Shown piece after piece: positions 34,288 to 46,852 of a stretch of DNA of 64,000 bases; the first letter of the stretch is position 1, and each line of letters starts with the position of its first letter. A program made the position numbers and the translations under genes. The notes beneath the pieces are model-generated. The model ran no database searches and was not told the origin of the DNA. It saw only the letters and a list, made by a program, of their open reading frames with translations. The stretch spans positions 3,252,578-3,316,577 of the forward strand of contig CP136572.1 of assembly GCA_035193785.1 (NCBI GenBank), written 5' to 3'. This DNA is from Planktothrix sp. GU0601_MAG3 (GTDB lineage: Bacteria; Cyanobacteriota; Cyanobacteriia; Cyanobacteriales; Microcoleaceae).

Positions 34288-35938
34288 CTAATTAATTTTA
34301 CAAGTTTCTATTTTTTCAGCTAAAATTTCTAGGTTGTTCCACCATTTTCCTGTGCTAACTATCCAATTGCGGGTGGGTAAATGTCCAATGGGAGCGGATG
34401 TTTTATATTCGATGCCATAATCAGGATTATGGGGATTATAGGTTAACCATCCCACCTGCTGACAAAATTTTCCATAGTCTCCTTCCACTGTTTGATAAAT
34501 TCGATTTTGGATACTAAATCCAAACCGATTATTACTATATTTTACCCAAAGATGATTAATGGTTTGTAGATCTTCACAGGGTAAATTTACTAAATCCTGG
34601 GCGTATAAATAGGTTTTTTTAGATTTTTTTAGGGCTTGACAGAGGACAGCCCAAGTTTCTTGATCCGCTTGTTTCCAGCGTTTTTGAGCTAAGAGGGTTT
34701 GGAGTTGAGTATAATCGACTCCCACGGCGGATTTTAAAGGATCATTTAAGGGTTGATAGCCTAAATTTTGTTTAATTCTCTCTAATAAACTAGGCGTTTT
34801 AGCAGGAGTCTGGATGACTTTTGCAGATGTTTTTTTAATCGGAATAACAGGTTTAACTGCTAAATTGACAGGCGTTTCAGAAGATTTAATGGCTTTTAAG
34901 GCTTCTTCGGCGGATTTATAACGTTGATTAATAGCGGTCGCAATTAATTTATTTAAAACGGTTTCTAAGCGATCGCTAATAATTTGTCTCGGGGGTAAAT
35001 AACTCCGCCAATTCCATTTTTCATTATGATAATCATATAATTTCCCCGGGGAAATTCCCGTAATTAAATATAAACAAGTTAGCCCTAAACTATATAAATC
35101 ACTGGCGGGATAAACCGTTCCTCTCATTTGTTCAGGAGACGCAAAATCCGGTGTTCCGATCCTAGTTCCACTCTCAACTAAGGCGGTTTCTGTCAATAGT
35201 TTGGCGATGCCAAAATCAATTAAAACTAAGTCATTTTCTTGATTAATATTTTTACTGATTTTGAACTTAGAATTTTCCTCTGAGAAAATATCACTAATTT
35301 TTTGTTTGAGTTTGGAACTTATTTCAGATTGTTCCTGATCTCCCATTTGAATAGTAGGAGGAACTTGGGTTAAATCGACAACGGGATCTAAGGGGTTTTC
35401 AGGGGAGGAAAGGAGAGAAACAACGCCGCATTAAATTAGCAGGTTTAATATCTCGATGAATAATATTCTGTTCATGAATAAATTGTAAAATAGGAAGGAT
35501 TTGTTTTAAAACTTCCCAGATTTTTTTTTCCGTAAATAATCCATCTTGTTTTAATTCATCAAATAGGGTTTTTCCCTGAATATATTCTTGAATAATAAAC
35601 AATTGTTTATTTTGTTCAAAATGTGCTAATAGTTGAGGAATTTGAGGGTGTTTTCCCAATTGATCTAAACGCACTGCTTCCTGACGAAATAATTTGGCGG
35701 CGGTTTGATAATCCTGGGGGTTTTCAGACTGAACAAAGAATTGTTTAATTACACAATAGGGATGGGAAGGAATTTGTTGATCAATTGCCAAAAATGTCCG
35801 ACCAAAACCGCCCCGACTTAAAGGTTTTATGGCGAGATAACGGTTTTGGAGTAAGAGAAATTGACCACAACCTTGACAATATTCGGCTGAGTTGATATTT
35901 TCTGGATGAGAACATCCTACGGTCATACAATAACTCAT
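34288..35938 (-). CDS. Ser/Thr protein kinase with C-terminal GUN4 domain; apparent frameshift at 35417-35421
   Basis: GGFGRTF, HRDIKPAN, DFG and SDLYSLG; GUN4 motifs WKQADQET, PCEDL..I..LW and FGFSIQ. Confidence 0.88.
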
Positions 35939-36065
35939 CGCAGGTGAGGGAATATATTGTTAAGCCGATAATAACACAACGTCAGATTGTGGGTATTGTT
36001 GCGCTCGTTGTTGCGCTTCAGCGCACTCTTACAATAATTCTCAGCAACAACAACCAACACCATTA

Positions 36066-36839
36066 TCAATTAAAAACTTTCGCAATTTGACAAAATCCTT
36101 CAACTTCTAAACCTGCGGTAATATAACGGGGTTTATGGGTTAATTGATCGCTATATTCTAAGATATTAGCCACTCCAATAGACTGAGGAAATAACTCAGA
36201 ATTAAATAGAGTTTGATCATTTGGACTATCGCCAATGGTAAGAATTTGTTCCGGGGTTAAATCTGACCAATATTGTTGAATTACCTTTAATAATCCCGTA
36301 GCTTTGTCTTGATTTTTAGGTTTAATATGACCTTGAACGGTACTATAGGTAAATCCCCAACCCAATTCTGCACAAAGTTCTGTTAATTGCTGAATTTCCG
36401 ATAAACTAATATTTTGAATATCAAATGTCCAATCTGTAAACCGAAAAGGATTATCAACGGAAGCCTGGAGATGGGGATATTGAACTTGGAGAATTTGAAA
36501 CGCCAGGGCTAAATTTTGCCGATGTTGGGATAGGGAATTTAAAGAGATTAAAAATTGCGGTTGGTCAGATTCCAAGGGATAATATAAACCGCCATTTTCA
36601 GCGATCGCACCCGTCACCGGAAGATAATGTTTTAAGGCTTGTACCCATCCCGCCGACCGTCCCGTAATTAAAATTACCGGAATTTTAGCCTGTTTTAATG
36701 CCAACAAAGCCTGGAATAAATCCGGGGTAAATTTTCCATTTTGGGTCAAAGTTCCATCAATATCCGTTGCAATTAAACGAATATTATCGAGTGCATTGGC
36801 TTCTATGGCTTCGCTCAAAGGCGTTAAGGACACGGACAC
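36066..36839 (-). CDS. HAD family hydrolase
   Basis: ATDIDGT, TGRS, AENG and GDSPND motifs. Confidence 0.87.
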   Translation of the reverse strand: MSVSLTPLSEAIEANALDNIRLIATDIDGTLTQNGKFTPDLFQALLALKQAKIPVILITGRSAGWVQALKHYLPVTGAIAENGGLYYPLESDQPQFLISLNSLSQHRQNLALAFQILQVQYPHLQASVDNPFRFTDWTFDIQNISLSEIQQLTELCAELGWGFTYSTVQGHIKPKNQDKATGLLKVIQQYWSDLTPEQILTIGDSPNDQTLFNSELFPQSIGVANILEYSDQLTHKPRYITAGLEVEGFCQIAKVFN

Positions 36840-36887
36840 AACCCCCTATCAATGATTCAAGTATTTTAATGATCGGGGGCGAAAAAA

Positions 36888-36978
36888 CGGAGAGGGTGGG
36901 ATTCGAACCCACGAGGAAACCGTAAAGCCCCTAACACATTTCGAGTGTGTCGCATTCGACCAACTCTGCCACCTCTCC
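36888..36978 (-). tRNA. tRNA-Ser(CGA)
   Basis: GGAGAGG acceptor stem, anticodon arm ACACA-CT-CGA-AA-TGTGT, long variable arm, GGTTCGAATCC T-loop; no encoded CCA. Confidence 0.96.
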
Positions 36979-37026
36979 AAGTTAGAAATGATCTAGATCT
37001 GATTCTAAACCAATTTTTTGATTATA

Positions 37027-39478
37027 TCAAAGAAAGGAACCATCTGTTTGATCAAAATCTAAAGTTGTTTCAAAACCCTGGGTGGGCGTCCATCTCAAAG
37101 CCCCATCTCGACCCGTCCAAAAAATTTGAGTTTGCTGTTGATTTAGGGTTTCTACGGTTTTCGGATCGATAGAATTGGAAGAAGCGATCGCAATTTTAGG
37201 TGTTAATACGGATAAAAGTTCCGGGGTTAAGGATTCTCCCGACCACCATAATACCTGAGTTGACCTGAGCTTTTTGATTAACTGTTGTTGTTGGGGGGCG
37301 GAAGTTTCTCCCAGTAATGTCCAAAGATTTTGACCAATTTTAAATTGAATAACTGGAGGTTGAGCACTTAATAAATCTAATTCTACAGAACCTAACATCA
37401 TCGGTTGACCAACAGTTAGGGAAACATAATTTCCTTTTTGTTCGGCTAAGGCTTTTAGAATGATTTCATTGGTGGCTTGATAGTTCTTTTTCGGAGTAGG
37501 ATTATCATAAAAAGTTTGAATTGGAATATTTTCTAAAATCAACGGCCAACCAATACTTAAACCTAGTTGGGAATGGGTCGCCACGGCGTTATTAATGGTA
37601 TTAATTCCCTGGGCATTTAAAAAGGGTAAAACGGCAAATTTGGCGGTGTTCTGACTACCACTATTAATTAGGGTAACTTGTCCTTTTTCTTCAATCACTA
37701 AAATCGGTTCTTGAGGCGTACTTAAAAGGGTGGCTTGAAACCGTAGGGTTTTAGTATACCAACTGGGTAAAATAACGATGAATATGGCTAAGGTAACGGC
37801 AAATATAATGGGAATCAACCCTTTTTTTGATCTGGAAAATTGGAGATTTGATTCAGGGTTAATTAAAGTAAAATAAGCCCAGATTACCAGAACTAAACTA
37901 TAAAGACTTATCAACTGAATCAAGGAAATACTGCCCACGGCAATCGAATTTCCTGGGAGTTGACTAAAATATTTGGCGATTTCAATTAAACCTAAAATTG
38001 GATAATAGAGAAATTGGGCGATCGCACTTCCCAAACTGGGTATGAATAGGGCAGATAATGCACTCGCCATCCCTCCTAATGTGATAATAGAAATCAGGGG
38101 AGATGCAATAATATTAACTAGAATACTATAGGGAGATAATACCTTAAAAAAATAGAGTTGCAAAGGCAATGTCCAGATCAGTGCTGATAAGGGAACAGCA
38201 ATTAAAGATGCAAATAAAGGCGGCATCCAATTTAACCTTTCCATTAAGGCGGGAAACCGTAACCATTAATCCTAAAGTTGCTAAAAAACTGAGTTGAAAT
38301 CCAATATCAAAAATCCAAATTGGATTAGCAATTAATAATAAGATAGCGACAATTAATAATACGTTTAAAGGTTTAGTTTGACGTTGGGTTAACAGGGCGA
38401 TTAATACCGCCAAACCCATTAATGTTGCTCGTAATACTGAGGGGGAAATCCCCGTTAATCCCAAATAAATTAGTAGGGTTAATAACCCTAAACTAAATCT
38501 AACCGTGGGAGAAAACCTTTGAGTAATAGCTAAAATAACTCCCAATAAAAATGATACTTGAAATCCTGAAGCTGCTAGAATATGAGCCAGTCCAACTTGA
38601 ACAAAAATATCTCGAATATCGTAGGGTAAATCAACAGCCAAGCGTCCTAAGACCATCGCGCTTAATAGGGAACCTTTGGGAACTCCTAATAATTGAGCTT
38701 GAGCCCGGGTAATCCGTTGGCGAATTTTCCACAGTCCCCAAGGAGGCGGTTGACTATCATCATGACTAATATAACGTCCTCGAAGTCCGGTAAATGATCC
38801 CTGTTGAGCTAGATAGTTTTTAAAATCGAATCCTCCTGGGTTAGAAGGGGGTTTAGGTTTGTATAAACTTCCGGTAATTGCTATACTTTCCCCCGGATAT
38901 AATCCCGTGGCTTTTAATATTGGAACAGTCACATAAACCAAACCACTGACATCTTTACTCACGGCGATCGGAGTATTATTATTAGTAATTTCATTAACTT
39001 GATGCGCCTGTAACCAAAATTGTCCCCGTCCCGAACGAGTCAACCGAGGAATACTACCAACTTCTCCCCTAACTGTAATTAATAAATCTTGGCTATTTCC
39101 ACTATTAATAATTAACTGACTAATATCATGGGTAGCAGGTTGAGGCGTTCTGATTTGTAAATAAACACTGGCTAAAAAAGCAATAATTCCGGCTAATAAC
39201 CACACCCAAAAAGGCAACTTAGGACGGGGAATTTTAGGAATTTTCTCAGCAAATTCAATCGGATCGGTTAGGGCGTCTTTGCGGGTTTGTTTCTGCTGAA
39301 TAAATTGTTTAATTCGAGCTTGGCGGGATTGTTTATGTTGATAAACTTGTTTTAATGCTGTGGCTATTGCTAATATAATTCCTAAACCTAATATTGCATA
39401 ATTTCCCCCAGGAATTACACCTACTAGCAAACCTAAGAGATAAGCAAAAGCCAGAATTAAAATCACCATCTGATTCAT
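37027..39478 (-). CDS. comEC: ComEC/Rec2 competence protein; apparent frameshift at 38253-38257
   Basis: NPGGFDF, GLAHILAASGFQV, SVLRA and GFQLSF motifs; degenerate MBL-like C-terminus (WTGRDGA). Confidence 0.9.
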
Positions 39479-39518
39479 GATTTAATAAGATACGGATCAA
39501 TGGGAGTATTCTGGATTT

Positions 39519-39576
39519 GATCCCCCTAAATCCCCATTAAAAAGGGGGACTTTGATAGTCCGGGTTAGGGGGTATC
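39519..39576. repeat. CCCCCTAA...AAGGGGG repeat-family copy
   Basis: gatccccctaaatccccattaaaaagggggactttga...ttagggggtatc. Confidence 0.7.
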
Positions 39577-39627
39577 ATTGTTGTGGGGTGTGTAAGCGAT
39601 CGGCGCAAGCACCAACATTCAACAATA

Positions 39628-40105
39628 TTAGATAGACAATCCTAACTTTAAACCTAAAACGGTATGAACTAACATTAATCCTAAGATAACGGTTCCAATA
39701 TAAGCATGGGTCGCCCTAAAACCTGAGTTATCTTTATTAAATCCGGTAAAAGCAATCAGACTATTAGTTAATAACAATCCCAATAATATTGTTCCTGTCC
39801 AGAAGTGGGGACTTTCTAAAACAGGTTGTTTTTGCATCACTAAAGATAATAAACCTCCCGTGTAGCCTAAAGCCAAAAATAAAAACATTAAAGGGGCGAG
39901 TTTTCGGTGGTCAGCACGATTTTTTAAGGCGACTTCCTTATCTGCTGCGAGACGTCCGCGCCATCCCGTCCAACCCACATAACTTCCCATCGTAAAAATA
40001 ACGGTTTCCCATCATTACCGGATGTCCCCAATGGGTGATAGGTTCAGGAATACCTAAACCCCGAAATACATTAGCAATGGGTTCTAAAAGTTCAACTAAA
40101 CTCAT
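39628..40105 (-). CDS. DUF4079 family membrane protein; apparent frameshift at 40004-40008
   Basis: IPEPITHWGHPVMM, HRKL, ESPHFWTG and HAYIG motifs. Confidence 0.8.
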
Positions 40106-40174
40106 ATTTTCTGTTCAAAAGCCGATTAGATTTCCATAGTTCAGTTTAGGACAATTAGGTACCTAATTGCTAGA

Positions 40175-42041
40175 TCAGGTTTTATGAACCCGAATGAGTT
40201 GATAAGCACCCGCTTGATCCATAATTTGATATTGATCTGGTTTTAATCCTAGATCAATTAATTCTTGGGGATGTGCCAAAATTAAAAGGGTTTGGGGAGG
40301 AGATTTTTGCACGAATAGAGTTTGAATATAGGCGATCGCATCCCGGGGGTCAGGACGGTATTGAACTCGATTTTGAGTATAAAAAACCAAACTGGGTTTT
40401 TTGAAACCAATCATAATTAATTCTTCCCCTAATTTTCGCTGTTGTACGACGGTTTGGGATAGGTGTCGTAGAGGTTCTTGTCGATGTTGATCGAGTAAAC
40501 TATAGGTGGGAGTTACCGCCCAAATAAAAAAACCAATAAACCCCAAAATATTAACTATAAAAATTGATGAAATTCGACCTTTCCACCAACTTAGGGCGAT
40601 TCCTAATGTTGCGATCGCCCAAATTACAGCCGATATATTTGGAATCCCAGAGGCTTGTAAATCCCCTCTAAAATTCGGCATATCTGCATCATATCCGATT
40701 AAATTTTTACTAAAATAACTGCCGATGGTGGCAATAAAAACAAATACAATATTAATCAGAATAGAAAGATTTGTGGAATTAAATTTATTTTTTTTAAATC
40801 TATTTTTGGAGATAATATTATTATGCCAAAATAAAGATACTAATAAAACCGAGGCGGGAATTAAGGGCAAAATATAACTGGGAAGTTTAGTAACCGCTAG
40901 GGTGAAAAACAGAAAAACTCCACCAAACCAAAAAACAGCAAATAATTGCAGTTGTTGAATTCTAGTTTGCTGTTGCCAATGGCGACGTTTCCAAAATTTT
41001 GTGGAAGAGATCGCCAGGGGTAAATAGACAGAAAATGGAGCAAATCCGACTAAAACCACAATAAAATAGAAATACCAAGGAGCGGAATGGTGATTCACAA
41101 CCGTTGTAAATCGTTGAAAATTATGATAACCAAAAAAAGAGTTAATATAGTTTTGACCATTAACTAAAATTACTAAAACATACCAAGGAATTGTCATAAC
41201 TAAAAAAATCAAACTTCCCTGCAATAAACGCATTTCTTTTAAAACTTGACGCCATTCCCCCAAATAAACTAAAAATGAACCAATAATTAAAATTGGTAAA
41301 ACAATCCCCACCGGGCCCTTTGTCAAAACAGCTAAAGCGGTTAAAATATAAAAAGCCAAATACCAAATCTTAGCAGAATTCCAACGGAGAGGTAAGAGAG
41401 GTAAATCTTGCCCTTCCTGAACTTCTGACTTAGCATATCCCAGAAAAAAAGCGAATAACGCCGAACCCAAACACCCGGTTAATAACATATCAGAAACGCC
41501 GATTCTTGCCCAGGCTAGAATTCCCGGATTAAAGGCAATTAATACCGCCCCCATCCAAGGTAAAGGATGTAAAATAATCTTGCTGAAATCCGGTTGAGCT
41601 AATGGAGAAATAAAATCTTGTTTTTGATCATCTTTTCTGGTATAAAATTTGGTTTGTTGGACGTAATAATTTAAAGTATAAAATCCAAAACAGACGAGAA
41701 AAAAACCAGAAAATGCCGAAGGAAGACGAACTCCCCATTCATTTACCCCAACTATCTGATAGGAAATTGCCATTAACCAATAAATTAATGGGGGTTTATC
41801 GAAACGGGTTTCTTCATTAAAATAGGGGGTAATCCAATCCCCAGTCACCAACATTTGACGGGAGGCTTCCGCAAATAGAGGTTTCTGTTTCATCGAGTAA
41901 ACCCGCAGTTCCTAAGTTCCAAAAAAAAGCCAGAAAACCGATTAAACCTAAACCCACAATCAAAACTAGCCAAGGGAACCGATCTGTTTTGAGCAGAGGT
42001 GAAAAAAGGGTTGGAATCTTTTGATTTGAACTTGATTTCAT
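40175..42041 (-). CDS. ArnT/PMT-like (GT39/GT83) membrane glycosyltransferase; apparent frameshift at 41881-41885
   Basis: DETEPLFAEASRQM, FDKPPL, RLPSA and LTKGPVG motifs. Confidence 0.88.
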
Positions 42042-42200
42042 TGGCTAAAAATGCAGATATTAACGATTGAGATATTGACAGTTTACTGTTAATGTGTTAT
42101 CTAACTAACACCTAAGTCAATATATCAATTAGTTATTATCGTACACGGGAACAAGAATACCCACACCATCAGGAAGATTACTCCAGAATTATTGATTTCT

Positions 42201-42774
42201 TCATGGGGTCGGTTTAATCACCAATTCCCATTCCTGGTCTTGGGGATTCCAGGTCGGAAGGGAAGTTTCCCCGACAATATAAGGCCCCCAGTAATAGCGA
42301 GAACCATCGGGAGCAAAAACCACCAAGATATCGCCGGATTTGAGGATTAAATCTTCTTGGGGAAGGGATAAAATCAAACCCTCCCTACTGCCCTCAGCCG
42401 GGGCAAAATCCCAGTGAACAGGTTCCGTGATATTAGGGGACAAACGACTGAGTAAAGCCACACGCACCGGGTGTTCCGTCAGGTTACCGACACGAAATGA
42501 CCCTTGGTGATAGTTTGTGGGAAGTGGTGGCAGAGACAGTTTTGGGGAAATCATCCCCGATTTCAGGGGAAGACTAATATTCGGGGGGGATGGTTGCGGA
42601 ATCGGGGTTTTAGGAAAAGTTGTGGATAAGGAAACTATGGGCAGATAAGACCGTATGTTCGGCGGGTTTTCGCTCCGTTTGGACACAATAGCGAAGGAAG
42701 AATTGCCTTAAACTAATTGAAGTCAATAAAATAGTTCCAATAATCAAAAAAGCTGGATAAAGTTTAGCTTTCAT
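42201..42774 (-). CDS. Hypothetical exported/membrane-anchored protein; apparent frameshift at 42631-42635
   Basis: ATG 42774 (MKAKLYPAFLIIGTILL) joins the Pro-rich region and the HWDFAPAEGS...YWGPY domain after deleting one T. Confidence 0.7.
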
Positions 42775-42828
42775 AATCTTTTGCTTTAAATTAGATTATT
42801 AATTCCACTACCATTCACACTCTGTTTT

Positions 42829-43161
42829 ATGCAAAATACCCGCCTTAATCGACTCGTCAATGTAATTAATGTCCAGGTAGGGCGATTGTTAATGAATCCT
42901 TGGCGACGGATTTCGCTACTAACCATTAGTCTGCTATTTGGGATATTCCTAGCCCTGGCTATTTCTACGATAACTGGACAAAGGGCGCGTCTGGACGTGA
43001 CCGTGGCTTTAGTAATATCTATTCTTGTTGAAGGAATAAATTGGTTAGCATACAGTAGTTCCCCCCGTTTGCGACAATCTTTTTGGGTAGAAAACCTAAA
43101 TGCCCTCAAAATTGGTTTGAGTTATGGTTTATTTTTATTAGCCTCAATTTTAGGTTCATAA
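42829..43161 (+). CDS. DUF565/Ycf20 family protein
   Basis: MQNTRL, NPWRR and LKIGL.YGLF motifs. Confidence 0.85.
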   Translation: MQNTRLNRLVNVINVQVGRLLMNPWRRISLLTISLLFGIFLALAISTITGQRARLDVTVALVISILVEGINWLAYSSSPRLRQSFWVENLNALKIGLSYGLFLLASILGS

Positions 43162-43193
43162 TAAAAATTTATTCAATATAACTAGAACGGTCT

Positions 43194-44229
43194 ATGATTG
43201 AAATTCTCAAAGATTGGAGAAATGGAAAACAACCCCATGCCTCAGATTTAGCGGTTTTAGAACAATGGGAACTATCTGATCAGCAACGGTCGGCAGCCTT
43301 TGGAATTACACCGGAAAATGTGAAGGTGAGAATAGAAGCCCGATCCCATATATTCCATCAACTTCAACAGAAAAAGATTGAGTTTCCTCTGTTATTTGAA
43401 CAGTTAGAAACCCTATGGAAATTTTGGCTACCTTTAGCAACCCAACTGGCTGAACACCGCCAACAGTTAGGTCGTCCTCTAGTTCAAGGAATATTGGGAG
43501 GGCAAGGTACCGGAAAAACAACCCTAGGGAAAGTCTTAACTTATATTTTGTCTCTTTTTCACTATGACACACTTAGTTTATCCTTAGATGATCTCTATAA
43601 AACCTATTCGGAACGTCAACAGTTACAAGAAGCTGATCCGCGTTTGATTTGGCGGGGGCCGCCGGGAAACCCATGATCTCGAATTGGGAATCCAGGTTTT
43701 AGAGCAATTACGTCAACCCTTGCCCAATCAAACCATCGCTATTCCTCGATTTGATAAGTCATTATGGCAAGGAGCGGGCGATCGCATTTCCCCAGAATTC
43801 GTCACCGGAATTGATATTATTTTATTTGAAGGTTGGTTTGTAGGCTGTAGACCAATTGCTCCCCAAGGGTTTGATTCTGCCCCAGTTCCGATTATTACCC
43901 CCTGGGATCAACAATTTGCTAGGGATATGAACGAACAGTTAAATGGGTATATTCCATTATGGGAAAAATTGGATCGGTTACTAATTTTAAATCCGGTAGA
44001 TTATCGCCTATCAAAACAGTGGCGAATCCAAGCCGAGCATGATATGATTGATACCGGAAAATCGGGAATGACCGATACAGAAATTAGTCAATTTGTTGAT
44101 TATTTCTGGAAAGCATTACACCCAGAATTATTCATAAAATCCTTGATTAAAAATCCTAGATTTGTGGATTTAATTATAGACATTAATCCCGATCATTCTA
44201 TCGGTAATGTTTATCAGGGAAATCTATAA
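43194..44229 (+). CDS. Plant-type D-glycerate 3-kinase-like protein; apparent frameshift at 43666-43670
   Basis: GGQGTGKT, SLDDLY, RGPPGTHD, PRFDKS and FEGWFVG motifs. Confidence 0.85.
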
Positions 44230-44273
44230 TTACCTCAGAGATTAGCTCCCCCTAAATCTCCCTTTCCAATGAG

Positions 44274-44337
44274 AATTACGCAGATTAACACAAATTAAAA
44301 TCCGTGAAATCCGTGAAATCCTCTTAAATCCGTGATC
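44274..44337. repeat. Third copy of the repeat at 4317-4470
   Basis: attacgcagattaacacaaattaaaatccgtgaaatccgtgaaatcctcttaaatccgtgatc. Confidence 0.85.
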
Positions 44338-44350
44338 CCCATTACTTATT

Positions 44351-44870
44351 ATGAAAACAACTCTATTAACATTAACTCTGATTTTCTCCTTTAGTATTAG
44401 TCAAATAGTTGCAGCCAAAACCCCCATCAAAAATCAACCTGTGGGTTTAGAATATTCGCCTATGGTGAATCAAATCACTCAAAATACCGAACCAATAACC
44501 ATTGGAAAAGCCGCCGATTTAATCACTCAATGGTTAAACGCCAAATCCCGAATTTTTGCCCCTCCCTTTGACCGTGAATCGCTCGGAGATTTAACTACGG
44601 GTGTATTATATGCTGATAGCTTAAAAGCAATTAATTTTTTACAGGAAAATAATGCTTATTATCAATATGGAGTCCAGAAAGTTGAATCCATAGAAACGAT
44701 TTGCCGCATCGGGAAATAAAGCTACCATAGAAGTTAAAGTTACCGAAGATACGACCCTATACAAAAATGGAAAAATTATTGAAAGTAGCTTTAATACCAA
44801 ATTAGTGCGTTATAATTTAGAATATTGGGATGGAATTTGGAAAATTGCCAACTCTCAAGTGATGAGTTAA
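44351..44870 (+). CDS. Exported ARC6/IMS (DUF4101) domain protein; apparent frameshift at 44693-44697
   Basis: WLNAKSRIFAPPF, LTTG.LY and VRYNL...WKI motifs; signal peptide. Confidence 0.78.
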
Positions 44871-44910
44871 AAAGTTTTAAAAATAGCGATCGCATTTGCA
44901 GAAATTCACT

Positions 44911-45423
44911 ATGGTACAAGAACTGATTGATTTAAAAAATTGCCTAGAAACACAACGCTATGATCAAGCGTTAATCATTATTGATGAACTTGAGGGAATG
45001 AGTCGCAAATCCATTTTAAGAACAATAAAATCTTTTTTAATTCGGTTACTTATCCATTTAATTAAAAACCAAATCGAACAACGTTTAACCAATTCTTGGA
45101 TCGCTTCTATTTCTGATTCCATTATCCAAATTCAAGATCTAAATCTACAAGATAATAAAAAATCCCACTATCTTAAAATAGAGGAATGGGATAATTTATT
45201 AGATGAATCTTTTGCAGCATCTATTCGTCCTGCGAGTGTAGAAGTCTTGAATGGAAACCTCAAACCTCATCAATTAATCCAACAAATTGATCAAACTCAA
45301 ATTCTGGAAATAGCCAAACAGTTAATCACCTTAACCTATAATTATTCTCCCCGGGATTTACCCGATATTATTGATCATAATTTAGCTCAATTACCAGGAG
45401 CAGAAAACTGGTTTTCAGATTAA
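44911..45423 (+). CDS. DUF29 family protein
   Basis: ELEGMSR, LLIHLIK and SW..SI motifs. Confidence 0.78.
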   Translation: MVQELIDLKNCLETQRYDQALIIIDELEGMSRKSILRTIKSFLIRLLIHLIKNQIEQRLTNSWIASISDSIIQIQDLNLQDNKKSHYLKIEEWDNLLDESFAASIRPASVEVLNGNLKPHQLIQQIDQTQILEIAKQLITLTYNYSPRDLPDIIDHNLAQLPGAENWFSD

Positions 45424-45441
45424 CTATTAGAGAAATCCAAA

Positions 45442-45486
45442 AGAAACCGGGTTTCTCATTGTTATTTCGGTAAGAAACCCGGTTTC
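45442..45486. repeat. Doublet of AGAAACC(C/G)GGTTTCT palindromes
   Basis: Two copies here; others at about 46733, 51331, 51382 and 52359. Confidence 0.75.
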
Positions 45487-45509
45487 TGTGTTTGATGATT
45501 TACAGTTGA

Positions 45510-46542
45510 TTAATCATCGGCATAAATATAACGGTGTAACTCCTTCGGATCGGGTTCCGGGCTGCTTTGGGCAAATTCTACCGCATCATCAATAACGGCT
45601 TGAACTTGCTGATCAATAGCCTTCAATTCCTCATGGGTTGCCAAATTATGTTCGGTTAAATGAGCCGCAAATTTTTTAATCGGATCACGCGCAAACCAGA
45701 ATTCCTTCTCGTCTTTATCGCGTAATTCATCGGGGTCGGCCAAGGAATGTCCCCGAAAACGATAGGTTAAGGCCTCGACTAAAGTTGGGCCTTCACCCGC
45801 CCGGGCGCGAGCAACGGCCTTTTTCGCCACTTCCCTAACCGCCAAAACATCCATCCCATCCACTTCATAACCCGGCATTCCAAAAGCGGGGCCTTTTTTG
45901 TAGATTTCCGGGTCAGAGGTTGCCCGGTCATGGGCCATCCCGATCGCCCATTTATTATTTTCCACCACATAAATAATCGGCAAATTCCATAATGCCGCCA
46001 TATTCAAACATTCATAGAATTGGCCGTTATTACAAGCCCCATCCCCAAAGAAACACATAGTTACCTGATCCGAACTCGGATCATTCATCGCTTCCCGACG
46101 GTATTTGGTTTGAAAAGCCGCACCTGTAGCCACCGGAATGCCCTCAGCAACAAAGGCAAACCCCCCTAATAAATTATGGGCTGAGGAAAATAGGTGCATC
46201 GAGCCACCCCGACCCTTGGAACAGCCCGTAGCCTTACCAAATAATTCCGCCATCACTTCCCGGGGTGGAAACCCCCGCACTCAAAGCATGAACGTGATCC
46301 CGATAGGTACTACAGACATAATCCTCATCCCGACGACCAGCCCGGATCATCCCCGTAGCCACGGCTTCTTGACCGTTGTACAGGTGAACAAAACCGAACA
46401 TTTTGCCCCGATAATACATCTCGGCACATTTATCTTCAAATAACCGCCCCAGCACCATGTCCTCATACAGCATTAACCCCTCGTCACGGGTTACAGCATT
46501 TGCATCCGCCTTAAACGTCGGTAACGTGCGTTCCTGTGCCAT
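45510..46542 (-). CDS. pdhA: Pyruvate dehydrogenase E1 alpha subunit; apparent frameshift at 46268-46272
   Basis: [27 protein letters not shown]...NN and YRFRGHS motifs. Confidence 0.95.
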
Positions 46543-46585
46543 TTTTTCCAATTACCTGTACCAATTTGAGATTCTATTTTACAGG

Positions 46586-46820
46586 TTGGGGGCGGGTTTA
46601 TTGAGATTTCTGTTGATTAACAAACTTTCTCCTATTATCAAATCCCCCTATCGTAGGGGCGGGTTCGAGACCATCCCTGCCACCCCACCCCAATCTTGAT
46701 AAACCCGTCCCGAATAGGATGGCAAAAACCCAAAAAACCCGGTTTCTAATCAAGTTGATAGGGCGGGTTTATTAAAATTTCTGCTAATTAACAAATATTG
46801 ACGCGAACCCGCCCCTACGG
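46586..46820. repeat. Cluster of GGGCGGGTT/AACCCGCCC REP-like inverted repeats
   Basis: cgtaggggcgggttcg ... cgaacccgcccctacg and related copies. Confidence 0.7.
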
Positions 46821-46852
46821 TTGGGGTAATATTAAGATAATTAGGGGATTTA

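Noticed and set aside
36888..36978. tRNA-anchored genomic island
   Set aside because: No integrase and no duplicated tRNA 3' end seen; the flanks are ordinary genes.
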